64,000 bases of DNA from Thermodesulfobacteriota bacterium (GCA_046754225.1 JBHHVI010000004.1:147-64146); one strand, 5' to 3'. Counted from the stretch's first letter, positions 10,379-19,887 are shown. A program made the numbers and translations. The notes: generated by a model not told the origin, from the letters alone.

Positions 10379-11092
10379 ATGGAGTCCATAATCAGATGTA
10401 GAAAATGCGGAAAGAAGATGCGCTCGGTGCGCGTTGACGACTTCAAGATAAAGTCATATTGTTCATGCGGCTATCTCGAATACCAGACGGCCACCGCGGC
10501 GAGTAAGACCATAAACCCGCACCTTTCGAAACAGAACCTCATGCCCCTTATATTCGACGAGGACGGAAGGTTCCTTTTTCAGGCGGATATCGCGGACAGG
10601 GAACGTAAGGAGATAATCACCCTTGAGGAGGTAAGTATGCTCGCCTCCTCGGATTATGACCTCGATGACGTTTTGAAGACCGTCGCCGAAAAGACAGCCA
10701 ACAGGCTCGGCGTGGATATCTGCTCCATATACCTCTGGGACGGCACGCACCTTGTCTTGAGGGGTACTTACGGTCTCGCGCAGGATGCCGTGGGCAAGGC
10801 GAAGCTGAAAAAAGGCGAAGGTATTACAGGCTCCGCTCTTGAGGCCCGTACGCCGCTTTTGATAGAGGACGTCTCCGGGGACGAGCGCTACCACTTTTTC
10901 CCGGAAACACGGGAGGAGCAGTACAGGATCAAGACCATGTACTCCTATCCCATCTATTCCGGCGACGTACCCTTCGGGGCCCTCAATGTACAGACGGTGG
11001 TGACAAAGGAATTCACTGAAGACGAACTCCGCTTCGTGGGCGTCGTGGCCAATCTCATCCTCGGCGCCGTAAAGATGAGGAAGAGGGGCTGA
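10379..11092 (+). CDS. GAF-domain protein with N-terminal zinc ribbon
   Basis: CRKCGKK...CSCGY zinc-ribbon motif followed by a GAF-like domain (DLDDVLKTVAEKTANRLGVDICSIYLWDG...GEGITG). Confidence 0.65.
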   Translation: MESIIRCRKCGKKMRSVRVDDFKIKSYCSCGYLEYQTATAASKTINPHLSKQNLMPLIFDEDGRFLFQADIADRERKEIITLEEVSMLASSDYDLDDVLKTVAEKTANRLGVDICSIYLWDGTHLVLRGTYGLAQDAVGKAKLKKGEGITGSALEARTPLLIEDVSGDERYHFFPETREEQYRIKTMYSYPIYSGDVPFGALNVQTVVTKEFTEDELRFVGVVANLILGAVKMRKRG

Positions 11093-11937
11093 TGCGCTTT
11101 AATGGAAGGGTCCTTGAAAAGAGGTCCAACCGGAGAGACCCTTTCACAGTAACCTCCCCATCTGGAGGTTTGGCAGAACCCATTGTAAGGTTTTTTCTTA
11201 TATTCCCGGTAATCTCTTTCTTCATGCACATGGCGGCCACGGAGGCCTTTTCCGGGCCCATGTACATGAAGGAGGGCGCCCATTTTCTCATCAGGTTTGA
11301 GGGAAGAGAGAACAGGGGGGCGGGCCATATTGTGGCCCTTGTCCTTGAAGAGGCCTATTTCAAGGTCGGGGCGGACCTCGCCTACTGGCCTGAAAAGAGG
11401 ATTGAGGCAGTCCTGTATGCAGGCAAAAAGTTTTACGATATAACGAGAAGCCAGTCATGGATCGGCGCCATCTTCGACGGGAAGATAAAGATGCCCGTAG
11501 GCGGGGTGGAGGTCAAGACCGTGGAGCTTGAAAGGGTAATAATACACGAATATACCCATGCCATGGTGCACAGCCTCTCCGGAGGCCGCGCCCCGGTATG
11601 GCTCCATGAAGGGCTGGCTCAGTACGAGGAGGGTAAAGACGCCGGCAGGTACAGAGATTATTTGAAGGGTCTGGCGGGCGGTGAGGGCGGTGAGGACCTT
11701 TCGCTAAGGCGCCTTGAGGGCTCTTTTACCGGCCTCGGAAGGGAAGAGGCGTCCCGCGCCTATCTCTTGAGCCTGTCGGCGGTCCAGTATATCGTCAACG
11801 AGTTCGGCCTTAACTCGGTAAAAAGGATTTTGACCGGTTTAAGGGACGGACTCGGCATTGACGGGGCGCTCCGCGCGGCCATTTATCTCTCTTACGAAGA
11901 CCTTGAAAAGAGCTGGCTTGACAATATGGCTTCCTGA
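11092..11937 (+). CDS. putative zinc metallopeptidase (HExxH, peptidase MA-like)
   Basis: IIHEYTHAMVH ... WLHEGLAQYEEG (HExxH plus a downstream Glu); hydrophobic N-terminal segment. The start overlaps the GAF gene stop (ATGA); the true start may lie further downstream. Confidence 0.55.
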   Translation: MRFNGRVLEKRSNRRDPFTVTSPSGGLAEPIVRFFLIFPVISFFMHMAATEAFSGPMYMKEGAHFLIRFEGRENRGAGHIVALVLEEAYFKVGADLAYWPEKRIEAVLYAGKKFYDITRSQSWIGAIFDGKIKMPVGGVEVKTVELERVIIHEYTHAMVHSLSGGRAPVWLHEGLAQYEEGKDAGRYRDYLKGLAGGEGGEDLSLRRLEGSFTGLGREEASRAYLLSLSAVQYIVNEFGLNSVKRILTGLRDGLGIDGALRAAIYLSYEDLEKSWLDNMAS

Positions 11938-12067
11938 ATTATGATGAGCCCTTTTCCCTCAAGAGGGGGGAGGGGCTGGAAAAATTAAAGCCCGAAAAGT
12001 TTTTTCTTTTAAAAGGGGTTTTGCCTGTGATATATTTTTATAAAATAAACTGGAGGTATAATGACCA

Positions 12068-12649
12068 ATGGATGATAAAAGGCCGTACGGAATAAACGGC
12101 GCGGCGCGGTTTTTTCTCATATTCATGAGCGTCCTCTTTCTGGGCTTTGCCGGATGCGGCGGCGAGTCCAAGAAAGAGAAGGCCGCCGGGAAGAAGGCGC
12201 CCGCCGCAATGAGCGAGCAAGAGGCGTTGCCCTCTGGCCACCCCGGTATGGATAAAACCGCCACTGAGATAGCCAAGGCCTCTCATGCCGCCATAAAGAC
12301 TCAGAAGGATGTCAAGATATCCGAAGAGGTAAGGAAAAAATGGAAAGAGGTGAATCTCAAGATTACGGACGCCGCTTCAAAAGAGACCAAGTCGGTAAAG
12401 CTTAATATCGGCTCCACCGTGCAGTTGACCGATGACGGGTACCACCTCAAGGTAGAGGTATTTGTGCCCGATTACGCCATAGTGGAAGACCATATCGAGT
12501 CGAGGTCCAACGAGCCCAATAACCCCGCGGTACTTGTCGATATTCTCCAGGGGGGCAAGGTCGTTACCCGCGGCTGGATATTCAAGGATTATCCCGAGTT
12601 CAATTCCTACAACAGCCAGAGGTTTCAACTCGTACTCGTGGAGCCTTAA
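12068..12649 (+). CDS. hypothetical lipoprotein
   Basis: Signal peptide with lipobox LGFAGC, then an uncharacterised ~170 aa domain; RBS GGAGG. Confidence 0.55.
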   Translation: MDDKRPYGINGAARFFLIFMSVLFLGFAGCGGESKKEKAAGKKAPAAMSEQEALPSGHPGMDKTATEIAKASHAAIKTQKDVKISEEVRKKWKEVNLKITDAASKETKSVKLNIGSTVQLTDDGYHLKVEVFVPDYAIVEDHIESRSNEPNNPAVLVDILQGGKVVTRGWIFKDYPEFNSYNSQRFQLVLVEP

Positions 12650-12726
12650 GGCGCGGCATTCCCCTTCCTGATTACAACCGGCCGCGGCCGGTAAGGGCCG
12701 TCAGGTTTGAGTATACGGGGGTTCGC

Positions 12727-12817
12727 GGAGAGATGCCCGAGAGGCTGAAGGGGGCTGACTCGAAATCAGTTGTTCCGCTTTGCGGAACCGGGGGTTCAAA
12801 TCCCTCTCTCTCCGCCA
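12727..12817 (+). tRNA. tRNA-Ser (anticodon CGA)
   Basis: Cloverleaf with acceptor GGAGAGA/TCTCTCC, anticodon loop ctCGAaa, long variable arm (class II), T-loop TTCAAAT, 3' CCA encoded. Confidence 0.9.
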
Positions 12818-12879
12818 GATTTTTTCCGGCGCCCGAGGTGTCTCCGGAGTAAATGGACTTTAAGAAAGGTTTTTTGACT

Positions 12880-12970
12880 GGAGAGATGCCCGAGCGGCCG
12901 AAGGGGCACGACTGGAAATCGTGTGTACATTTATCGTGTACCGAGGGTTCGAATCCCTCTCTCTCCGCCA
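12880..12970 (+). tRNA. tRNA-Ser (anticodon GGA)
   Basis: Same acceptor and T arm as the upstream tRNA, anticodon loop ctGGAaa, long variable arm, CCA encoded. Confidence 0.9.
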
Positions 12971-12988
12971 GTTTGAGTTTAACTCGCG

Positions 12989-13122
12989 TTTACGGACGCC
13001 GCTGATAGCCGGGTCTTGCGCAATGGGAAAGTCTCAAACCCCGCCAGGTCCGGAAGGAAGCAACGGTAGCGGCTTAAACCCATGTGCCGCAAGGGTGCCT
13101 GGCTATCAGCGGCGTCCGTAAA
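12989..13122 (+). ncRNA. ffs: SRP RNA (4.5S RNA)
   Basis: Conserved domain IV motif CCAGGUCCGGAAGGAAGCAAC. The 22-nt 5' arm tttacggacgccgctgatagcc is perfectly complementary to the 3' arm ggctatcagcggcgtccgtaaa. Classic position upstream of dnaX. Ends are approximate. Confidence 0.9.
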
Positions 13123-13194
13123 GAATGCCATCCGGGCACGGACCTGTTTATCCGCCCGCTCTGCCGCATGCCTGAACCTGTACCGGAAAAAACG

Positions 13195-14823
13195 ATGAGC
13201 TCATACCTTGTAATCGCAAGAAAATGGAGACCCGCACTCTTTGATGAGATAATAGGCCAGGAGCATGTAACGAGGACGCTCAAGAACGCCCTCTCTACCG
13301 CCAGGATCGCACAGGCCTATCTCTTTTCCGGCCCCAGGGGCGTCGGCAAGACCACGGCCGCGAGGATTCTCGCAAAGGGTCTCAACTGCGCCGAGGGTCC
13401 CACCGCCGTGCCGTGTAACAGCTGCTCCTCCTGCACCGCAGTAACAGGCGGCTCTTCCGTGGACGTCCTCGAGATAGACGGCGCCTCGAATACGGGGGTG
13501 GACAATGTCAGGGAACTGAGGGAGAGCGTGATGTACATGCCCGCAGGGGGCAGGTACAAGGTCTATATAATAGACGAGGTGCACATGCTCTCGGGCGCCG
13601 CCTTTAACGCGCTCCTGAAGACCCTCGAAGAACCGCCCCCTCATGTGGTCTTTATCTTCGCCACCACCGAAGTCCATAAGATACCCCTGACCATACTTTC
13701 GCGGTGCCAGAGGTTTGACTTCAGGCGCATCCCCTTCGGCGCCATCGAGACCCATCTTGAGAGGATACTCACCGAGGACGCCATACAGTTCGATAAAGAC
13801 GCGCTCTGTACAATAGCCCGCGAGGCCGACGGGAGCCTGCGCGACGCCCAGAGTCTTCTGGACCAGGTGCTGGCCTTCGGAGAGGGCGCCGTAAGGAGCG
13901 CCGACGTTATAACGGCCCTGGGGCTTATGGACAGGAGCGTGCTTGTGGAGCTTCTTAAGGCGTTGGCCGCCAAGGACGGCGTCAGGTGCTTAAATGTTGT
14001 TGAAAAGATACATAATTTTGGTTATGATTTAAAAAGGGCCTCAGCGGAGATTCTTGCTGAGGTGCGAGACCTTGCTATAATAAAGACTACAGGCACCGGA
14101 GAGCTTATCGAAGCCCCGGACCATGAGTTGGGTGAACTCATGGATATCGCCGACGCCCTGAGTATGGAACGCCTGCACATGCTTTTCAGCGTCCTGACCA
14201 GGGGGTACGCCGAGGTCTCAAGGAGCGCCTACCCGAGGTATTCTTTTGAAATGGCGCTTCTCAGGGCGGCGTACTTCGATGAGGTGAAGCCCGTGGATGA
14301 ACTTATCGCGAGGCTCGAAAACCTCGGCCGTGGCCCGGCCCCGGCCGTCCCGTCCCGTCCAACTTTTCGGCCTTCCCTTAAAGAGAAAGCCGTGAAAGGG
14401 AGCGGGGAGTCCGGCGGCGTAGAGCCGGGAGAAGGCGGCGCCAGGGCGGAGTGCGGCAAGGCCGGAGAAGAGACGGCGGGTTACCAGGCGCCCGATAACG
14501 CCACTTCCCCCGGCGGCCTCATAGGCCATGTGAGAAAGAAGAACAGGGCGCTGGCCGCCCCTCTTGAGTCGGCCGCCATAGAAGTCAAAGGCGGCGGCGC
14601 CGAGATTACCGTAGACACCAAGACCGCTAATTTTTTAAGGTTAAAAAAGGACAGTCTCGAAGCGATATTCAAGGACTACTATAAAAGACCCGTCAAGGTT
14701 AATATAATAGCCGCCGATAATACAAAGGATGATAAAAAAAAACCTGACGGACTTGTAAAAGAGGTTATCCGCGTTTTCGGCGGGAAGGTCATAGAAGATT
14801 CATACAGGGGGACAAATGTCTAA
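13195..14823 (+). CDS. dnaX: DNA polymerase III subunit gamma/tau
   Basis: AAA+ clamp-loader motifs (GPRGVGKTT, zinc module CNSCSSC, SRC). The track ORF is trimmed to ATG 13195 (MSSYLVIARKWRP), because upstream of it lies the SRP RNA. Confidence 0.92.
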   Translation: MSSYLVIARKWRPALFDEIIGQEHVTRTLKNALSTARIAQAYLFSGPRGVGKTTAARILAKGLNCAEGPTAVPCNSCSSCTAVTGGSSVDVLEIDGASNTGVDNVRELRESVMYMPAGGRYKVYIIDEVHMLSGAAFNALLKTLEEPPPHVVFIFATTEVHKIPLTILSRCQRFDFRRIPFGAIETHLERILTEDAIQFDKDALCTIAREADGSLRDAQSLLDQVLAFGEGAVRSADVITALGLMDRSVLVELLKALAAKDGVRCLNVVEKIHNFGYDLKRASAEILAEVRDLAIIKTTGTGELIEAPDHELGELMDIADALSMERLHMLFSVLTRGYAEVSRSAYPRYSFEMALLRAAYFDEVKPVDELIARLENLGRGPAPAVPSRPTFRPSLKEKAVKGSGESGGVEPGEGGARAECGKAGEETAGYQAPDNATSPGGLIGHVRKKNRALAAPLESAAIEVKGGGAEITVDTKTANFLRLKKDSLEAIFKDYYKRPVKVNIIAADNTKDDKKKPDGLVKEVIRVFGGKVIEDSYRGTNV

Positions 14824-15139
14824 AAATCTCGGAAATATGATGAAGCAGGCACAGAAGATGCAGGAAAAACTCGCCGAGGTGCAGAAGGAGATGGGCTCAA
14901 AGACCTGCGAGGCGTCGGCGGGCGGCGGCATGGTCACCGCGGTAATAAACGGAAACCAGGAACTGATATCCTTGAAGATAGACCCTTCCGTTATCGACCC
15001 TGAAGATGTGGAGATGCTCCAGGACCTTATTGTCGCCGCGGTGAACGAAGGGTTCAGGAGAAGCAAGGACATGGTCTCTGACGAGATGAGCAAGGTTACC
15101 TCAGGGCTCGGGATGAACATACCCGGCCTTTTCAAATAA
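14816..15139 (+). CDS. ybaB: nucleoid-associated protein YbaB/EbfC
   Basis: MSKNLGNMMKQAQKMQEKL...; start overlaps the dnaX stop; conserved dnaX-ybaB-recR synteny. Confidence 0.9.
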   Translation: MSKNLGNMMKQAQKMQEKLAEVQKEMGSKTCEASAGGGMVTAVINGNQELISLKIDPSVIDPEDVEMLQDLIVAAVNEGFRRSKDMVSDEMSKVTSGLGMNIPGLFK

Positions 15140-15233
15140 TGCCGCGTTGGTTAGTAGCGGCCGTAACCGGGGTTAGGCGCCGGGTCTCAAAGAGGTTTTC
15201 CGGCCCGTCGGCGAGTAGAGAAACTTTATTAAT

Positions 15234-15833
15234 ATGCGGTACGCAGGACCTATAGACAGGCTTATAAAGGCCTTTTCAGGGCTGCCGGGAATAGGCGAGA
15301 AGACAGCCGCAAGGCTTGCCATGTATATCCTGAACAGCAGGAGGGAATACGCCGATGAGCTCGCGGCAAGCCTTGTTGATGTCAAGGAAAACGTCTCGCT
15401 ATGCTCCGAGTGCATGGCCTTTTCAGACAGAGACCCCTGCGTAATATGCGACGACGACCGCAGAGACCGGTCCGCCCTCTGCGTCGTCTCCGATTTTAAG
15501 GATATGATGGCCCTTGAGGACGCCGGGGGTTTCACGGGGCGCTACCATATACTGCACGGCAACCTCGCGCCTTTAAAGGGTGTGGGCCCCGATGAGATTA
15601 GGATTAAGGAGCTCGTCACGAGGGTTGAGCGCGACGGTGTGAACGAGGTGGTGCTGGCCACGGGTTTTGACACCGAAGGCGAGGCCACCTCCGTCTATCT
15701 CGCCAGGCTTTTAAAACCTTACGGGATAAAGATAACGAGGATCGCCTCAGGCGTGCCCGTGGGAAGTTACATAGAATACATGGACGGGGCCACCCTCGCA
15801 ACGGCCATGGAGGGGCGGAAGGCCTTCGGTTGA
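15234..15833 (+). CDS. recR: recombination protein RecR
   Basis: HhH motif (GLPGIGEKTAARLA), C4 zinc finger (CSECMAFSDRDPCVIC), Toprim domain. Confidence 0.93.
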   Translation: MRYAGPIDRLIKAFSGLPGIGEKTAARLAMYILNSRREYADELAASLVDVKENVSLCSECMAFSDRDPCVICDDDRRDRSALCVVSDFKDMMALEDAGGFTGRYHILHGNLAPLKGVGPDEIRIKELVTRVERDGVNEVVLATGFDTEGEATSVYLARLLKPYGIKITRIASGVPVGSYIEYMDGATLATAMEGRKAFG

Positions 15834-16007
15834 GCGCGCCGGGGGCGCCCTGTTTGATGTCTGACGGTCGGATGTGGAATTCCGGCCTTTAATAAGCCGC
15901 TGCAAAAGACCCCCGGTTACGAAGACACGGGGCCTAAAGTGAAGACGCGGGCTTAAAGGGTTTTTTAGTAAGTGTAACCATACTCAAACAGACATTGGAG
16001 TAAAACT

Positions 16008-16598
16008 ATGGAAAGTTTTTTAGAGGTAAGATGGCACGGCAGGGCCCAGCAGGGCGTTGTGACCGCCGCGAAGCTCCTCGGCGAGTCATGTTTGATGGCC
16101 GGCAATTTCGTGCAGGCCTTTCCCGAGTTCGGTCCCGAGAGGATGGGCGCGCCTGTAAGGGCCTATAACAGGGTCTCCGCCTCCCCGATAAAACTGCACT
16201 GTCAGGTGACAAACCCCGGGTTCATCCTTATAGCTGACCCCACTCTTATAGGTGGGTCGGCCGGGGTTACCACGGGCGCCCTCAAGGGTGCCTTATTCAT
16301 AATCAACACCCCGAAGCCGCCCGAAGAGATGCGCAAAGAGTTGAACCTTGCCGATAAGACCGCGAAGGTCTATACCGTGGACGCCGCGACCATATCGCTG
16401 GAGGCCATCGGCAGGTTCATGCCGAATACCCCGCTCCTCGGAGCGCTGGCGAGGGTTTCCGATATCGTCGATATCGAAGCCGTCATTAATAACTTCAAGA
16501 CCAATTATGCGAAAAAATACGGCCCCAAGATTATAGCAGGGAACGTAGAGGCCATGAAGAGGGGCTATGACGAGGTAAAGGGCATGGAGGTCAGCTGA
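16008..16598 (+). CDS. porG: 2-oxoacid:ferredoxin oxidoreductase gamma subunit (pyruvate/2-ketoisovalerate type)
   Basis: GRAQQGVVTAAKLL... FPEFGPERMGAPV signature of POR/VOR gamma. Confidence 0.85.
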   Translation: MESFLEVRWHGRAQQGVVTAAKLLGESCLMAGNFVQAFPEFGPERMGAPVRAYNRVSASPIKLHCQVTNPGFILIADPTLIGGSAGVTTGALKGALFIINTPKPPEEMRKELNLADKTAKVYTVDAATISLEAIGRFMPNTPLLGALARVSDIVDIEAVINNFKTNYAKKYGPKIIAGNVEAMKRGYDEVKGMEVS

Positions 16599-16681
16599 CT
16601 GAATTTGCCGCCCAGACCACACGGCAAAAAATAAAACCGTTGTTTACGAAGTCTTTTATCTACCGGGATAAGGAGTAATAT

Positions 16682-16963
16682 ATGAAAGAGAGAAAAGATT
16701 CCCCCATAGGGGGCGTTATAGATAAAGGCGGCACGGCCCATGAGTACTCCACGGGCGACTGGAGAAAATTAAGGCCCGTGCTCGACAAGGAGAAGTGCAT
16801 AAACTGCCTTATCTGCTGGGTAGTCTGTCCCGATTCCGCCGTTATTGCGGAAGAGGGCAAGATGGTGGGTTTTGACCTTGAGCACTGCAAGGGGTGCGGC
16901 ATATGCGCGACTGAATGCCCCGATAAGGTTACTGCCATAACAATGGAAAAGGAGGCAGACTGA
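16682..16963 (+). CDS. porD: 2-oxoacid:ferredoxin oxidoreductase delta subunit (2x[4Fe-4S] ferredoxin)
   Basis: Two CxxCxxCxxxCP motifs (CINCLICWVVCP, CKGCGICATECP). Confidence 0.85.
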   Translation: MKERKDSPIGGVIDKGGTAHEYSTGDWRKLRPVLDKEKCINCLICWVVCPDSAVIAEEGKMVGFDLEHCKGCGICATECPDKVTAITMEKEAD

Positions 16964-18192
16964 TGGCTGTAAATACCGCCGCAAAGACTCAGGTGGGGCT
17001 TACGGGAAATTCCGCTATAGCCCTCGCCATGAAGCAGATTAATCCCGATGTATGCGCCGCTTACCCCATAACCCCCTCAACGACGGTGATCGAGGAGTTT
17101 TCGAGTTACGTCGCAGACGGCGCCGTTGATACCGAGCTAATAAACGTGGAGAGCGAGCACTCGGCAATGAGCGCCTGTGTGGGGGCGAGCGCCGCGGGGG
17201 CGCGCGTCATGACGGCCACAAGCGCGCAGGGGCTCGCGCTCATGTGGGAGATGCTCTATATAGCCTCCGGCATGAGGCTCCCCATCATCCTTACAGACGT
17301 TAACAGGGCGCTGGCGGCACCCATAAACATCCACTGCGACCATTCCGACTCCATGGGCGCGCGCGACTCGGGCTGGGTACAGCTCTATTCCGAGACGGTC
17401 CAGGAGGCCTATGACAACCTCATACAGGCGGTAAGGATAGCGGAGAATAAAAAGGTCCTCCTTCCCGTCATGGTCTGCCTTGACGGTTTTATAACGAGCC
17501 ACGCCATAGAGAACACCACGCTCCTCGAGGATTCCGAGGTGCAGGGCTTCATCGGCGAGTACAGCCCCGAGCACATGCTCCTCGATACCGACAACCCCAG
17601 TACATACGGCGCCATGACCCTGCAGGACTACTACATTACCTTCAAACATCAGCAGTCAGAGGCTATCGCAAGGGCAAAGGACGTGGTTATGGGCGTCGGC
17701 AGCGAGTTCGGCGAGAAGTTCGGCCGGAGTTACGGCCTCTTTGAGGAGTACATGCTCGACGACGCCGAGGTGGCCATCGTCATACTCAACTCCGCCGCCG
17801 GCACCACAAAGGCCGCCATAGACGAATTGAGAAAAGATGGTAAGAAGGTAGGGCTCTTGAAGCCCCGGCTCTTCAGGCCCTTCCCATACAGGGAGATAGC
17901 GGAGGCGCTACAGGGCGTAAAGGCCGTGGCGTGCCTTGACAGGGCCGATTCCTTCAGCGGCTTCGGCGGTCCTCTCTTTACCGAAGTACGTTCCGCCCTC
18001 TATGAGTTAAAAGACCGCCCCAGGGTCATAAGCCGCATCTTCGGCCTCGGCGGAAGGGACTACAAGGTAAAGGACGCGGCGGGTGTCTTTGACGAACTCT
18101 TCAATATCTTGAAGACCGGCAAGGTGGATACATTAACAAAGTATATAACACTCTCCCCTCCGGAAGAATCCGCTCAGGGCGGGGGTTGTTAA
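16963..18192 (+). CDS. porA: 2-oxoacid:ferredoxin oxidoreductase alpha subunit
   Basis: POR/VOR alpha domain, 409 aa; start overlaps the porD stop. Confidence 0.85.
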   Translation: MAVNTAAKTQVGLTGNSAIALAMKQINPDVCAAYPITPSTTVIEEFSSYVADGAVDTELINVESEHSAMSACVGASAAGARVMTATSAQGLALMWEMLYIASGMRLPIILTDVNRALAAPINIHCDHSDSMGARDSGWVQLYSETVQEAYDNLIQAVRIAENKKVLLPVMVCLDGFITSHAIENTTLLEDSEVQGFIGEYSPEHMLLDTDNPSTYGAMTLQDYYITFKHQQSEAIARAKDVVMGVGSEFGEKFGRSYGLFEEYMLDDAEVAIVILNSAAGTTKAAIDELRKDGKKVGLLKPRLFRPFPYREIAEALQGVKAVACLDRADSFSGFGGPLFTEVRSALYELKDRPRVISRIFGLGGRDYKVKDAAGVFDELFNILKTGKVDTLTKYITLSPPEESAQGGGC

Positions 18193-18209
18193 GATAAAGG
18201 GGTAAGATA

Positions 18210-19145
18210 ATGGCGACTTTAAAAGAACTCTCAAAAAAAGAAGAACTCTTCAGCGGCGGTCACAGGCTCTGCTCCGGTTGCGGCATACCGCCCATAATAA
18301 GGCTCGTGCTGAGGACTTACGACACCCCGGTAATCGCCGCCAACGCGACGGGTTGCCTTGAGGTGGCCACGACCGTGTACCCTTACACGTCATGGAGGAT
18401 ACCGTGGATACATTCGGCCTTTGAGAACGCCGCCGCCACCATAAGCGGCGTTGAGACCGCTTACAGGGCCTTTAAGAAAAGGGGGAAGATACCCGCCGGC
18501 AAGAATATAAAGTTCGTGGCCTTCGGAGGCGACGGCGGTACATACGACATAGGGCTTCAGAGCCTGTCGGGGGCCCTTGAGAGGGGACATAATTTCCTCT
18601 ACCTCTGTTATGACAACGGCGCCTATATGAATACAGGCGTCCAGCGCTCAAGCGCCACGCCCTTTGGCGCCAATACCACCACAAGCCCGGCGGGTTCGGT
18701 AATACCGGGCAAGCAGGAGAGGAGAAAAGACCTTACGAGGATAGTCGTGGCTCATAATGTGGATTACGCGGCCCAGGCCTCTCCGCACAACTGGTCCGAC
18801 CTCGCGAAAAAGACGGAGAAGGCGATAAAGACCGAGGGTCCTACTTTTCTTAACATAATCTCGGCCTGCCCGCTGGGATGGTACACAAAGCCTGAGGACA
18901 GCATAAAACTTTCCAAACTCGCAGTCGACACATGCTACTGGCCCCTCTATGAGGTGGACCACGGCGTCCTGAAGGTCTCGTACAAACCCAGGGACAAGAG
19001 GCCCATAGCCGAATGGCTTAAACCACAGGGCAGGTTCAAGCATCTCTTCAAACCGGGCGCCGAAGGCATGCTTGAGGAGATACAGGCCCAGATAGATGCT
19101 GACTGGGAAAGACTCCTTGAATTCGACGGAAAAAAGGTCTACTGA
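18210..19145 (+). CDS. porB: 2-oxoacid:ferredoxin oxidoreductase beta subunit (TPP-binding)
   Basis: TPP motif GDGGTYDIG...CYDNGAYMNTG and an N-terminal Cys cluster for the proximal [4Fe-4S]. Confidence 0.85.
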   Translation: MATLKELSKKEELFSGGHRLCSGCGIPPIIRLVLRTYDTPVIAANATGCLEVATTVYPYTSWRIPWIHSAFENAAATISGVETAYRAFKKRGKIPAGKNIKFVAFGGDGGTYDIGLQSLSGALERGHNFLYLCYDNGAYMNTGVQRSSATPFGANTTTSPAGSVIPGKQERRKDLTRIVVAHNVDYAAQASPHNWSDLAKKTEKAIKTEGPTFLNIISACPLGWYTKPEDSIKLSKLAVDTCYWPLYEVDHGVLKVSYKPRDKRPIAEWLKPQGRFKHLFKPGAEGMLEEIQAQIDADWERLLEFDGKKVY

Positions 19146-19197
19146 GGGTACAGGCCCGGTTGAGGAGATTAAAGGACCTGGCCGGCCCATTGGTTTA

Positions 19198-19236
19198 GCC
19201 CGGAAGCTTCACGCAAAGGCGACCGGGCTTTTTTAC
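19198..19236 (+). terminator. rho-independent terminator after porB
   Basis: GCCCGG ... CCGGGC stem followed by TTTTTT. A second short hairpin (ATCACC gccg GGTGAT) follows. Confidence 0.6.
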
Positions 19237-19317
19237 GTCACAAGATATCACCGCCGGTGATTGAAGGGTTTTTTCTCCATAAAATAACAGGGCTCAGAAA
19301 AGATATGGGAGGTTTTG

Positions 19318-19764
19318 ATGGGTTTTAAAGAGGATCTGACAGGCAAGATTACCGCGGCGCTGAAGGCCGGGGACAAGGTCAGGACCTCAACGCTCCGGCT
19401 TCTCCTTAACGCCATTAAAAATAAGGAAATAGAGCTTCGCCGGCCCATCGAGGCGGCCGAGGCCACACAAATCGTAGCCACCCTTATCCGCCAGAGAAGA
19501 GATTCCATAGAGCAGTATAAAAAGGGTGGGCGCGCCGACCTCGCCGACAGGGAAGAAGAGGAGATAAAGATCCTCAGTGAATTCCTCCCCCCCCAGCTTA
19601 CCGAAGCGGAGATCAGAGAGGCCGTGAAAGGGGCGGCCCTTGAAATCGGCGCAGAGTCCATGAAGGATATGGGGAGGCTCATGAAGGAGGCCATGCAAAG
19701 ACTAAAGGGCCGGGCCGACGGAAGGCGGGTTCAGGAGGCTGTAAAAAAGACGCTGGGCGGATGA
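19318..19764 (+). CDS. GatB/YqeY domain-containing protein
   Basis: MGFKEDLTGKITAALKAGDKVRTSTLRLLLNAIKNKEIE... is typical YqeY; RBS GGAGG 7 nt upstream of the ATG at 19318. Confidence 0.8.
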   Translation: MGFKEDLTGKITAALKAGDKVRTSTLRLLLNAIKNKEIELRRPIEAAEATQIVATLIRQRRDSIEQYKKGGRADLADREEEEIKILSEFLPPQLTEAEIREAVKGAALEIGAESMKDMGRLMKEAMQRLKGRADGRRVQEAVKKTLGG

Positions 19765-19887
19765 TTTTTACGCGCAGGATAGTCACACATATTGACAATA
19801 ACCTTTGATTTTTACGCCGGGGGATGGCTACCCGTCCTGACAAGAATCTCAACCTGATAATAACCTTAAAAAGACAAAGGGTACGCT

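Noticed and set aside
12921-13283. Track ORFs 12921..13121 (+) and 13074..13283 (-)
   Set aside because: They overlap the second tRNA-Ser and the SRP RNA, whose conserved motif and long closing helix explain the region. No coding signal.
14737-14745. A9 run inside dnaX as a possible programmed frameshift site (gamma/tau)
   Set aside because: It lies ~25 codons from the dnaX stop, far too distal to generate a gamma-like product; most likely just Lys-Lys-Lys codons.
15834-15860. Possible terminator after recR (GCGCGCCGGGGGCGCCC)
   Set aside because: GC-rich near-palindrome with no clean stem-loop or U-run; not supportable.
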